This document shows, in pieces, positions 51,229-64,000 of a DNA stretch of 64,000 nt; position 1 is the first letter of the stretch, and the number at the start of each line of letters is the position of its first letter. Source of the DNA: Bugula neritina (lineage: Eukaryota > Animalia > Bryozoa); NCBI GenBank assembly GCA_964035545.1, contig OZ037765.1:25667504-25731503 (forward strand). The letters run 5' to 3'. The notes under the pieces are model-generated. The model was not told the DNA's origin, did not search any database, and worked only from the letters and a program-made list of their open reading frames with translations. A program made the position numbers and the translations under genes.

Positions 51229-54200
51229 TTATATTTCATCTGCATTCACTGCAACAACCTAAAATGTGAGCAAATATTTATTAAAGAACTATAATTTAAT
51301 AATTTCAATTTATTATTTCAATAAAAGTATCTGGGCCTTGAAGTTAATAATATGAGGAAATTAAATGGCAAGTTAGTCTTCACCCAAGTGATGACATGGT
51401 TTAAATTAAAACAAGAAAGGTGACAGATTCTGGTCTGAAAATTTAGCTAAGTGACTAAAATAATCAAAAGAAGTGTCTGCTAAAATATATTGCTGTTCTG
51501 TTATAGCTTGTTTATCCTTATTCAGTCTCTCAATGGTTTCTAGCATATACAAACCTTTTCGTTGTCAACTAGAATGTCCGAGACCGGGTCTTCATTGAAG
51601 AGTTCTGCACCATCTGATGCTCGAACTAATACAATGTTAGATGCGTCTAATGACTCAAAAGAATTTTTTTTACTCAATCTTCGAACCAACTCATCAGAAA
51701 GCCAACCAATCGTACGAGTTTCACATCTAGGAAAATAGAAAGCAAACAAGTAATTTCTTTTATCATTACAGGGTACATACATTATGTTAGGGAGGTAAAC
51801 AAAAGTGGGGTGTCAAAATTCACAAGTTATACAAACCAGGGATTTTACAGAAAGCATTGCAAATAATAGTTGTTTTGTGATACCTTGAAACTGGAATGAG
51901 AAGAACTCGGTTTTTCCACTGAACTAGAATCCTAATGTTATGGTGATATGAGCTGTTCAACTCAGTAAGAGGATTCACTGGACGAGTCATCACATCGGTG
52001 ATTGGTGGCTTCACCACACATACTGACGTACTAGTGAACCCACTGTCTTTTGTCTCATTGAGCCTCATAGGTGCAACATAACTTGTATCAAACTTGGCTG
52101 CAGAGTTTTGTATGGGTGAAACGTCGGATATTCTGCACTGTTTCCGACGTGGAGTTGACGATGGCAGTGCAGCACTGTTCATATTGCATATGCTGCTATC
52201 ATTTTTGGTAACATTCAAGTGTTTTGTCATGGAAGCAGCCTGGCGTACTGATTGCTTTCCTGGTATGGAATCAACAGAAATTGTTTTAGCTGGCTTTAGT
52301 TTATTCCTTTTAGATTTGCTATCAAGTGAATTGAAGCTAGCTGATGGAGTAAGTTCGCACATTTCTATCACATTGTCAGCAGAACTTTGCTTCTGACTTG
52401 ACTCGATGAGATCCACACCTAGTTCATTGGGTAACACATTTTCTTTATCAACAACTTCAGCTGTGTTCTGTATATCTACATTCATAGAACTGACTTTTTT
52501 TGATTCACAGATAATAGTATTTGTCTCTGCTTCTGAATCAAATAGAGAATCCTGAGTGAGAGACGAAGGCAATCTGGCGGTATTTTCATCATGTTCATCT
52601 TTGTCTTGGAGTCGATATTCCTTTTCAAAAATTGTAGGCCCGTCCAGCAGTTCAGAGAGACTGTCATTGGGTGCAAAATCTACACCAGAGTTTTCCGCTA
52701 CTGCCTCTCCAATATGCAAACGGTTTACTTGAGTTGCTTCAAATGCAGGAGTTAATTGACTGCAAGCTTCCTACATAACCACCAAATAGGGGAGATTAAT
52801 AATATAATAAACCATTGTGATCTACAGCTGGCCATATATTGCAAGTTTAGTTTTCATTTATGTTGCGTTGGTATTTAGTCTAGACCTATATTTTAGTAAA
52901 CGAAAACTATTGTTAATGTAACTTGAATCATAGCATAAATCATAAAAGTTATGCTTCAGCTTCACTATTGTTGAACATGTGTCAAACATTTGTTTCTGCA
53001 TATGGACAGTGATGCACAGACTACTACTTTACACAATGAATGTAAAGGTAGTCTGTTCTTATAAATCAAATAGATAAAAATGGCTTACAGCAGAGGTTAT
53101 GCAGAGTGCAAATGCCATGTCTAGAATGTGGATATAATGAGCCGATAGCTACACATGGTATAAATGTTACCTTTATTGGAGATAGCGACGGTAGCCTTTT
53201 ACGAACTCTCTTTGTAGAACTCAGATTTGGAGACAGAGGTCTCTTTTTAGCTTCAGGACTTGGATTCGGCGACAAAGGCTCAAATAGCGCAGCAATGTCT
53301 GCTGCATTAGAAATCACTCTTTGATCATTTGGAGTTTGAGTTGGTTCTGAAGAGGAGATACTCAAAGTCTTTCGAGATTTACTTTGAGACTTCTTAGCAG
53401 GGCACTTAGATTCCTCCAAATTAGTAGAATTGTTGCTGTTTGAGTCTGGGGAGCCAAGCAGTCTTTTCTCCGGTGTTTCCTCAATAACCATCGGCGATGA
53501 CGCTGTCTCCTGGCAGTCATCATGTTTCCTATTTGTATGTCTGTTCAAAGATGTTAGAAATATATGTCTCAGGAGCTGGCTTTCTTTACAACATACACAT
53601 CATCATAACGCAGTCCAACATTATTAATGTACTGATTACGATAAAATAATGTAATAAAGTGATCACACCAATAAAACTAGTAATTACAGCAGAATGCAAT
53701 GCTCTACGGTACATACCTTTTCAGTGGCTGGTGAGAATCATTTCTCTTCTGCTTTTTCTTCTCTGGACCTATAGAGTAGTCATCTATAAGCCAGTCACCA
53801 GTAGCATGTAGATTATCATCACAGTCATCTCGGAGAAGGGTGGGCCCTTCGGGACCAGACACATTATCTTTAGCACATGGTGGGGCAATTCGCTTTGCTG
53901 ACTTCCTTACGTTAGCTACTGCTGATTTATACAGTTCTGTAGCAGACAACTCCGGTGACAAAGCCGGCTCTGATTGATGAATTGGTTGAGAATTGACACT
54001 GAAATATAAATAATTAAAACTGTAAAGCCAACTTTCTTTTGACCATTAAAAAGTTTCTTTTTCTGTTAGCACATACTATTATAACACTATCAAAAATATC
54101 AATTATCATAAAACCATCAATCATATTCCTCTATACCTTTAGATATGCCCTTTTGCTGAATGATGATCTCAATATAAAGCTAAAGATGAGGGGACACATC

Positions 54201-57200
54201 AATTGTAAAAGGCCTATAATTATAGACTCCCTATTTCTAACACACAATACAATAATATTATGCAAACTGAAAAACTTGTTGATAATTCATCAATTAACTG
54301 AAATGAATTTCCTTCAGTCACTCAAAGCAAGACAAGTTTATCTAAAAATAGCGAAGTCTGTGCATTCCACATGACATACCATGTTCAAAAAATGTTTCAA
54401 GCAAAATGTTTTTGCTTTGGCTTTATCAAATTTTAGCCTTCCCTATGGAAAGGGATGAATGAATGTAATAACGTATGAGAGTTCAACTTGTGTTTTATCA
54501 TACCTATCACCACTATCTTTCCTTTGTCTCTGTACAGGCCCAACATCAGCCATGGCGGCTGCTACATCATCCTCTGAAGGAAAAAATAATCATTAGAAGC
54601 AATGAATTAAATCTTAGATTTTAAGCAAGTAAACATACCTCAAGTCATAACTGACATGCTGAAACCCCTGACTATATGAATTCCACTTAGTAAGTCACAC
54701 AGCTCTTACTTGTTTGCTGGTACTGCTCTTTGAAAAGTTTAGGTTTTGGAGTTATCCCCTTTCGAAGCATACAACTCCGTAACATAGCCTCGATGTCTTC
54801 AGCAGCTTGCTTAGAATCTTCGTCCAAGTCTTCATACGCATTCTCCAGATAGTTCAGAAGATAATCCAGAGGGTAGCTATTCTGTAATCAACCACCATTA
54901 AATGTAAGATACAGAGCAGAGTTTGGTTTGACCCTGAAAGGGGTCACAACACATACTATTTGTCATAGTATTATATAGTAATAGTAAGACAAAACTTCAT
55001 GGCTGAAGAAACATTAAAGAAAAGTATACATATCATAGTACTATATATATTTATTACCACTACAATCTGAGAAATTTGACCATTTCTAGGAAGCAGTCAA
55101 GCCTAGTGGGTAGCATAGTTTGAATGCTATGTAGAGCTTTCGGTCATGACTACATTTGACCACTGCTGTTTCTGTGTTACATTAAAAGTACTTGAGACTA
55201 AATGCAGAGTTCACCAAACACTCGTTATAACATACATGTATATAGATTGTTGCTTTACATCCCACTGCTGGTTATTTAAAAGTATACAGAAAAGATATTA
55301 AACGTAATAAACTACACAGCATAGTCATAAAAATCACAATGTTTACCACAACACAACTTTACTGAACAGGAGCTACAGCAGGGAGATACCCACATGATTA
55401 TCTTTAGCTATCACACTTGCACCAGCTTCTATTAGATACTGAATAGTCTCAAAGCACCCTGAGCTGCAAGCATCATGTATTGGAGTCACTCCATCCGTCC
55501 CTAAAAATCAAACAGCAACAACACCAGGGCTATAAATTTAGCTGCTCTACTTATTTTAGTTTCTTTCACTGAGCAATTATCAAAATCGAAATTCTGCTGC
55601 ATAAAAGAGTTAGGGTGGTCAATAGTACTTTTGAAACGATTGTCAATGTTGGGTGGAGTGTGAAAATCAGTCTGCAACATATTCATTATTAAACAGATTT
55701 GTTCTGTACCTACATTATCCCATTATATAAATAGTGCGCACATACATACACATATTCATACACACACACATGGTCATACACACATATTCATACATACACA
55801 TACTCACACACATATATACACACACATATATACACACACACATATACACACACATATACACACACACATATATATACACATATACACGCACATGGTCACA
55901 CACATGCATACATAGTAATACACTATTCACTGTTAGTATAATAGTGAATAGTCAGCTCACCAGCTCTATCATTTATATCTGATCCATGTTCTACAAGAGT
56001 CTTTGCAATCTCAGCATGGTTGTGGATGGCTGCTTCATGTAACGGAAACCAACCTGCGTGGTCTCGAATGTTTACCGGATGACCCTAAATATTTAATATA
56101 ATTACACAAAATCAGTAAAACACAATAAAATACAAGGCGTAAGCAGAAGTTGCCGATTCACATTTCACTAACCTTGTTGAGTAATTCAATAACCAGTTCC
56201 ATCTTGCCTTTCATAACAGCCTGGTGTAGCTTAGTTTCCCCCAGTTCATTCCTCTATCAAAGCAAACATCCAAATAAACAAAACTAGCAAGTAGAATAAG
56301 TAAGTAGTAAGTTCTTCTACCATCTAACCTTTACATAAAATTGCAAAGGTCAAAACCTATTTCAACCGACATAGTGTTTAGTAAACAGAAAGAAAATCTA
56401 CAGTGTAAAGAGACCTCATAGTAAATGTATCCTTTAAACTTATAACGAATGCATAGTAAAGCCTTGTCATTCTATACCAATAATTCACTTTTCTGGTACA
56501 CACATCTTTATGCTTGATGGATTTAGTGAATCTCAAGTTTTACAGTAACATGGCAGAAGTCGGGGAACAGATTGCAATGCTAGTTAGACTTACTAATATC
56601 TTAAATGGTTTGCAACGAGTAGACTTCACAGTTTCACTTTCTCGTTCTTCGTCAGATGAATGGTCGGAAAGCTCAAACCCACCGTCCTACAAGAATGATG
56701 AAATTGCATGACTTTAGGAGTTGAATGATGTTAGATACCATTAAATAGCATGAGTAACTATTTCATTTGTTTATGTAAAAAGCCACCTATATAAAATGTT
56801 TAGTGCCTCAATTTTTTATATTTCTTGTTATCACATAATTTCCACGATTACAATGCAGTTTAGTTCAGAGTTTGGCTACCAATAACTAAACTTTAAAACC
56901 AATAGGATAGTATTTATATTGCAAAATATAAACCCAATCTAACCATCAAAGGTGACTTAATAATTATAAAATTATCCAACAAGAATGTACATTGTGTACA
57001 AGCTCCACCCACAAACAAGCAATACCGAGTACATACACTGCTTTCACCTCCATCTTCACCACCACTATTCTGGCTTTCATCTTCTGTCTGACTCTCTAAA
57101 GGTAGACCAAGTTCTATTTTTATTTGCTCCACTTTCTTACAACACTCTTCATACTTGTCTTGATAATCTAAGCCTTTCATGGAATCTCTATAGTTTTTTA

Positions 57201-60200
57201 GCACAAGTAGCTAAAAGTTCAAAGCATAAAAACTAAAAGAGCATGCATTTCAAAAAATATGATATGACTAATTCAACAATGATTACAAAAAAGTAATAGA
57301 TACACAGTTGTTTGTAACAAAGATCGATATCTTATTGTTTCCATTTATATTATTCGCTAATTAGTTCTAGTTTCAAATCGAGCATCCAAGAAGTTGGCCA
57401 ACATAAGAAGCTAATTTAAAGGCAACAGCTCTTACTATATATGAAATGCATGCAAATTACTAAAATAAATTTGCAAACTATAAAAAAAGTGTATTGTATG
57501 CATATAAAAATATAAAATAATGCTAAGTGAAATGCAGTTTATTGAATAGAAGGTATTTACATGGAGTTTCTTATCACCAGCACTACGTGAGTGACTCTCA
57601 GCCTTCTTATAACACTGGCATATCATCTCAATGTTGTTACTGCCATTCTCCATGCAACTGGCAACGTTGAGCAAAGACTTGGCTGCCTGATACAACAAAC
57701 AGTATAATATCAATGTGTTACCAACCGGACGCTATCTTTACACAAGCAAAACAGTCAAGTACATAAATAAATTTGAACATAGTATTCATTGCTATGCCTG
57801 CCACACAAGTAATTAGATCTATTTTCTTGAAAATCATGTAGTATCTGAATATTATATATTTAAATCAACCTGTTCATAATTATTCAATTGCTGTTGAATT
57901 TTAGCTTCCTGACAGAAATAGTTGATAGCCTGGTCATAATTTTTCAAGTCCTGATATGTTCTGGCCATAGAGATTAAGATAGGTGCCAGAATATCATGCT
58001 GCATCTCCATTTGATTGATAATATCCAACTAAAAAAGTCAAATGAGAACGGTCACTATGTGGCACAGCAATATTATAGCAAACATACTGACTGTTACATT
58101 ATAAAATTCACTGAGTTTCTTACCGTCTTTTGATAAGATAGAAGGGCGTGGTGATAAGCCCCCAAGTCACAACAATAGTCTCCAATCTTCTCAAATATTT
58201 GCCTTTTGTCGTCATCATTAGACAAGGGAAGTTTTCTTTTAGCCACGATGATTTTATACACTACAGAGTAATTGCTAAGCTGATGAGGAGTCCACAGACC
58301 AGAGCTATTTCAACTATAGCTCTACTTACAGCATGAAGATGTTTTCAAAATGGTTTTTTGGAAACTCATTGATCAGATCAACAGCATAACAATGAGTCAT
58401 AAGGTAGAGTCATAACAAACAGGGCAAAACGTTGTATGTAAGTTAATCTACTTATCTGCATAAATTACATTATACAATACTTAACTTCTTACATTTAATA
58501 GCTACTTTTGTCAACTCTTGTCTTTCGTCTCCTTCACATTTACGGAGAATACCTTTAACAATATCTAAACCAAGACCAACATCACCCATCTCCACAGTCA
58601 CCTTTAACAAACACACTCTAGTAAATACTGTACACAGGATAGTTAAGGGCATCCTCACTAAGAATATCATAAATTTCTCTCAAAATGTAGTTTAGGTTCT
58701 TGAATAATACTACTCTGCGGGTGGCATGCGTGTTGCCTACTTGCAATTGTTTAGCCTAAGATTAAACTACAACCAATAAGCAGCAACCTTCATTAGGGCT
58801 GTGTTATCTATCAACATTCCATTATAGGCGCTACATGAACAAAGTACCAAGCAAGCTATTCATTGTAGCCTGTCGGCTAGCAAGCCTATAATTAGCATGT
58901 ACGCGCCAATATCTTCTCATCCCTACGTGCTCATTGAAGCGTGAAGCACTGCGCGCTGCTAATTTACTATGAAAAAATATGGCATTTTCAGTGTATAAAT
59001 CACCAATTTGTGGGCAATCTAGAAGAGTTATTGGAAAAAGAAAAAAACTTACCCTGGAGAAATATCTCAGGATTCCAGCAGTGCAATTTTTATTCAGATA
59101 TCATGCTTTGCTGCTGAGATATTTTACTGGTACTGAAAAGTCAGCTTTTCAGGCAAAATTGGCCAAAATTGGGCAGTTTTTTGTCTATAACTTTGCAAAA
59201 AAAATGAAAATTGAAATTTCCAAAAAACTTACCCTGGAGAAAAAAAAGATCTACAGTATAGTTTTTAAATTTTGACTCTAGCACAATTAGGTGAGATTTT
59301 ATTTTACTGGTACTGAATTCTTATATGATTACAATGCAAACCTCAGCAAGGCAGTCGCAGCTAAAAGGTTGCCCTTAACTATCCTGTGTAGTAATGGGAG
59401 TTACATTTGTCTAAATATCATTAAAAGAAATACGATGCCTGTATGTGAAAATATATATGTAAAACATTACTTTTGATACTCAAGCAAGTGCAACAAACAA
59501 GCAAAGTTTTAAAAAATCAAACCTATAAAGTAAAGCCCATTGGTTTACCTGGGCAAAAAGTTTGGTAGTGCCAACTGTATGACCCGTGTTATATTTCTGG
59601 TTGCAAGACATGGCTTCATCCAATGAACTCCGAGCTTCACTCAATTTGCCTCTTCTCATGTGCAGATCAGCTAAGTTGTTGAGACAAGTAACATACGTCC
59701 CGTGAAGGTTGTTTTTCCTAGTAAGATACCGAAACAGTCACAACTAGCAGAGGCTATAATTCAAAATGACCTAACAATCTTTTCCTACATTCAAATCAAA
59801 ACTAATAACAGGAAGGTATTCTTACTTTGCAATAATACTGGCATTTGTAAAATTTCCCACCGCCTCTACTTCTTCATTTTTCATATCAGCCAGAAGACCT
59901 TATCAAACAAACATCAAGATATAAATATAATAACTAGCAAATCAAATAGTCCTAAAAGTCTTTTAAAGCACATTAACAGTAAATTACACATAGAAAGCTG
60001 GTTTCTTCATACTCATAAAGTTAAAATAAATTCCCTTCTGTCTAATATGACAAAAGCAACTGATCAGATATAATAGTAAATATTTTTTTAAAGTTTTCAA
60101 TTCTAGTCGTTCAATACTGAAGACTTATTCGTAAATTAGAAGTTTTATCAATTTCAAACTACCCAGTTATTACTTATCAGTTTAAATAAGTGTATCAACT

Positions 60201-61320
60201 ATTTACCCAGATTTAGTATGGCTCTAGCTCTCATCTCCTGATACTCCAAAACATTGAGGGTAGTTTTTATTTTGTCACACCATTCAAGAGCTTTCATGAA
60301 TGCATTTACTGCTTTCTTCTCGCTGAAAAAGATAAAACAGCTCAATTTATTTACAAGTTAAATTTTACTTAGCATTAAATATAAATTATTAAAAAAAGGG
60401 TGGAGACTACCTCTGTATTCTCTTGTTAGTCCCAGGGATAAGAGTTGGTATCTCAACAAGGCATAGTCTGCCCATTGTAACGAAAGCTCTTTGTAGTTCA
60501 ATTTTCTTAGGGAGGGTCTTTGCCAATTCAATGTATTTAGAGATATACTGAAATATCACAACAAAACAAGGTTAGGTAGTATTCAATCTCAACAAATGCA
60601 GCTCACTGTACAGAAATAAAGAACACTTACTTCCTTAGCAGGTTCAATTTCAACTAATTCCATGTAACATTCTCCAAGCTTACGACTGGCAATTGCTTCA
60701 CCTTCAATGTCCTTCAAATCTTGGCATATGGCCAACTCACACTCGTGTTCCTCAATAGCTTGCTTATGTTCCCCTAGTTGCAAGAAATATACAAATTAAA
60801 TTAAGTATTTGAGCAATAATTTTTTTGTTAATTGTTAATATTTATAACATCAAAATTTCTATACTATAATGTATTGCTATTACCAATGAGATCTTACTGC
60901 AAACAATGTTGTTATCATATACACTAACCAATCTCTGAACAAAGGTTTCCAATGGAATTGGCATATTCTGCAACAAGCTTTAAGTTTCCTTGCCGCTTAT
61001 ATTTAGCTTTTTGTGTCCTCAACTCTGAAATGTATTAGGTAATTAGTGAGAAAATTAGTCATGCTCAAAGATAAACTTTGTTCAAAAGCTCCGTAGTCCT
61101 TAACTGGATAGATTCAATACAAACTATAAGCTAAAATAAAAAATAAGTATTCATTAGGTATATGTATTCCAACATACATGAGTTTAAATTTTGCATGCTG
61201 CTTAGAAATTCCCACGAAAACATCCCATTGAATATTTTATGTACTAAATTGCGCCATAGTTTATATAAAAAAATTAATTGATATAATTTAAATACTTTTT
61301 AACTCCTTTTGCTTGTCCAT
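51229..61320 (-). CDS. TONSL: Tonsoku-like DNA repair protein (TPR + ankyrin + UBL; no LRR visible), ~22 exons
   Basis: ATG 61320 (MDKQKELK); TPR exons (AIEEHECELAIC..GEAIASRKLGECY; QRAFVTMGR); ankyrins (NELGETKLHQA, GHPVNIRDHAGWFPLHEA, GVTPIHDA); GDWLIDD motif; UBL (IRILVQWKNRVLLIPV..TIGWL..DGAELFNEDPVSDIL); last exon 51258-51229 VVAVNADEI-TAA. Confidence 0.9.
55738..55912. repeat. Degenerate (CA)n/(TA)n microsatellite in a TONSL intron
   Basis: CATACATACACATA.. low-complexity run; explains the VCMY and HTHIY ORFs. Confidence 0.95.
58633..59388. mobile_element. 756-bp MITE with ~23-bp TIRs and TA target duplication
   Basis: TA|CACAGGATAGTTAAGGGCATCCT ... AGGTTGCCCTTAACTATCCTGTG|TA; internal direct repeats AAAAAACTTACCCTGGAGA (~59042, ~59222) and ATTTTACTGGTACTGA. 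Superfamily (Tc1/mariner vs CMC/EnSpm) unresolved. Confidence 0.88.
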
Positions 61321-63317
61321 AGTCTTGTGAGGTTTTTGGTCTTTGATAATCCTTATTAGCTACTACAACTACAAAACAAAAATACAATAACATGCAGGCT
61401 TCTACAAATTTCAATTACTATAAACTGATAGCAATACTGGTAGTAATTTTACTATCAAAGTTCGGACTACTAGAACTTGGTAAAACTTCTCGGCCCAAAG
61501 AGTGAAACTGAAAGACATTTTGATTTTCATTTTGGTAAGACTAAGACTAACTCAGTGACTAAGAGTAAGAGGTTCAAAGTCAAACTAAAACTTAATCTTA
61601 ACCCCGAACTAAATTAAATTATCTAATTTTTTTGACTAGTAGTAGTTGAACATGTACGTTCACTCATTCACATTCTGCGTTTACCCACTCCTAGAGCCGG
61701 AGACAGAGTGAGAGTGACTGTGAGAGTTGCATGAAAACATTAGAATTAAAAGCTAAAGTAATTACTAAAACTAGTAAAAGTAAAACTAAATTTAAAACTT
61801 AAAGTTAAAACTAAAAGTAAAAGAGAAGAAATAATAATATTAACAAACTAAAAAACAAAGCAAAGGCAGGAAACCGCTTAAAGCACTAGAATCATGCAAA
61901 ACCATAACATAATTACACGCTGAACTAATTAAATTAATATTTAAATTTAAATTTATTGACCTGAATTTGTTGAGGTTTCTTACTTTTATTCCAAAAGGTA
62001 CTCCCGGTGAGATGATCAAATAACGAAAATTGTTTATATTTGACCGCCAGAAAGCAATTTTATCTTGACATAGTTCAGTTTCTAAAACTGAAAATTGCCA
62101 CTCTTGAATTGGAAATAATATCTTTCCTAGTTCATTGGCTGTCACTGCAATCTTTTAACTAATCAAATAAACTAATTTTAGTTTTGCCCAATTAAAAGAC
62201 TTAAGGCTTTCTATTGGCGAAATTTGTTTGAAAAGAGCTAAGGCTAATACCCAATTCACGTGCGTTGGCAATCAATTGTAATAATATAAACATGTTGTAG
62301 TAAAATTTGCGAATTCGGAAGCACACCAATACTAAGTTCCAATAAATACTACTACATGTGCATTGTATCTTCATTTAAATGAAATGAGAGTTTTAACTTG
62401 AGGTGGATCTAACTATTATAATTTTAACATTCTTACACAGAGAGCTTATCATTATTCATACCTAAAGGTAATAAGTACTGTTTTATTTTTGTTCATTTGT
62501 AATATTTTGATATTATTTCTATTGAATTTAAGTATGAATATCACTAACAGTTTAGCACCAGCCTTGTAAATTATGTACATATTATTTGTATGCAATAATT
62601 TACTAGAAGCATATCTATTATTATTTGTTAATATTGTAGCAAGTTTAATTTGAATGAGTACTTAGACTTGAACTTTAAACTATAGTCAACTAAATGTGAA
62701 TATTATATGCTAATAGTAATAGTAATATAGCAACCAATTCTTTTGCTGTTTCAGTTACAGGTGCACAATGACAATTACAATGAATATCATTGTGTGATCT
62801 ATGTGATGTGTTTTTCAACTAATTGTTATCAAGTAACAAATATTAGTAGTACTCACAACTATTATGATATAATTTATTACAATGTTTAATCAAATAGCAC
62901 CTTATATTATATAATGTGAATCTATTGAATCAGTGATATTTTGAGTAAACATTTAATATAAAACTAGCGTATTATATTCATTCAAGTGATTCACTTTAGT
63001 GGATACAAGAAAACTATTAAAGTTTGTATTGTAAGCTAAATTTTTTTCATTTAGGTGTTTGATGCATCTAGGAGGGCTATCTCAACCACCACTAATGAAA
63101 TAAAAAACAACAAATTTTTTTTATAAACTTTTAGTAGTGGTCATAAACCTCATTAGACTTTTCATTTTTTAAAATCATGTTGAAAGCACCAGGTTCATAC
63201 ATAATTTCTAATAAGTCAGCAAGTTTTGCGACATGCTTGTGTCATTCGTGTGTTTTGTTATTTTTATATGTGTGTTTAACTTGTGTTTCGTTTTATTTAC
63301 CTAAAAAGTGAAATACA

Positions 63318-63437
63318 ATGGCCAATCCTGGAGCAGACATGTTCAAAGTCAACCTGAGTCGACCTAATAGCTCAGTTTCTTGGGGATTCAGACTACAAGG
63401 TGGAGCAGACTTCTCAACTCCTCTCTCTATTCAACTG
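63318..63437 (+). CDS. First coding exon of a second PDZ(-LIM) family gene, continues beyond the window
   Basis: [40 protein letters not shown]|GTAAAT; same [11 protein letters not shown] motif and same phase-0 intron position as 41883-41987. Confidence 0.85.
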
Positions 63438-64000
63438 GTAAATGTACCGCAGTATTCCAGCTGTGCTGTTATCTTCTTCCACAATCTGGTGTCACGTTTA
63501 GTCCTAATACTTAGCTTATCCTGTTATAGGTGTACCACCTTTGCATGATTTGAAACTTGTCTTATTATATCACATGAGTGAGAGCAGTTCAAACAAACCT
63601 ACACCAAAGATTACATGTCAATTAGCTGTTCGATAAGCTTGCACTTGTTGCGCAATCTATTTTTAACCCTCCTTATGCCTACAGTATTTATGCATCTTAC
63701 AGTGTCCACAAAACATTTCTTTGAGTAGGATATAAGGTTGAGGTTTTGTATTTCATCTTCTCAAGGCGCTATTGGCTCATTTTCTGGTACAACAGCAATA
63801 AAACTGAGAGATAGCATCAAAAGCATATTAGGTTGAGATGTTGTAGTATAATGGTTGTAAAACTGCGGTATCTAGCTTATTTGTATAATAAAATATTCTA
63901 TGTGTATGGAAATTATACTATTACCTCACAGCAATCGTGCTCATAGCTAAAGCTGGTAAAACCATGCAACTGTTCTACATGCTCTAGTACAAATTGTATA

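Noticed and set aside
55715-55982. His/Thr-rich and Cys/Val-rich ORFs
   Set aside because: Translations of a CA/TA microsatellite within a TONSL intron.

Overview
AT-rich, intron-dense invertebrate animal DNA. A lophotrochozoan such as a bryozoan is my guess and cannot be established from this window. It is not prokaryotic and contains no CRISPR array. Six protein-coding genes were reconstructed by hand from splice sites: (1) rhotekin-like gene (+, 5' end outside the window, stop 10648); (2) MYG1 exonuclease (-, tail-to-tail with rhotekin); (3) a ~24 kb type III/N-cadherin-like classical cadherin (-, ~16 EC repeats, EGF/LamG, TM, catenin-binding tail); (4) a PDZ + ZM + 3xLIM Zasp/Enigma gene (+) with several predicted alternative exons; (5) TONSL (-), which appears to end right after its UBL domain with no LRRs; (6) the first exon of a second PDZ(-LIM) paralogue (+). 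Mobile DNA includes a decayed Academ-type transposon with a duplicated end, a TTAA-flanked Kolobok-like element, a TA-flanked MITE, hAT-like MITE remnants and two copies of a tRNA-derived SINE. The most unusual non-coding signals are a 479-bp palindrome (two perfect 239-bp arms, 1-nt spacer) upstream of MYG1 and recurrent strand-symmetric, 3/6-periodic ANT/ATN (AGT/ACT-rich) islands near gene 5' ends. I see no clearly new multi-gene system. These islands and fold-backs, the LRR-less TONSL and the altered p120-binding motif of the cadherin are the best leads. Comparisons to known proteins and elements are from memory; no database search was run.
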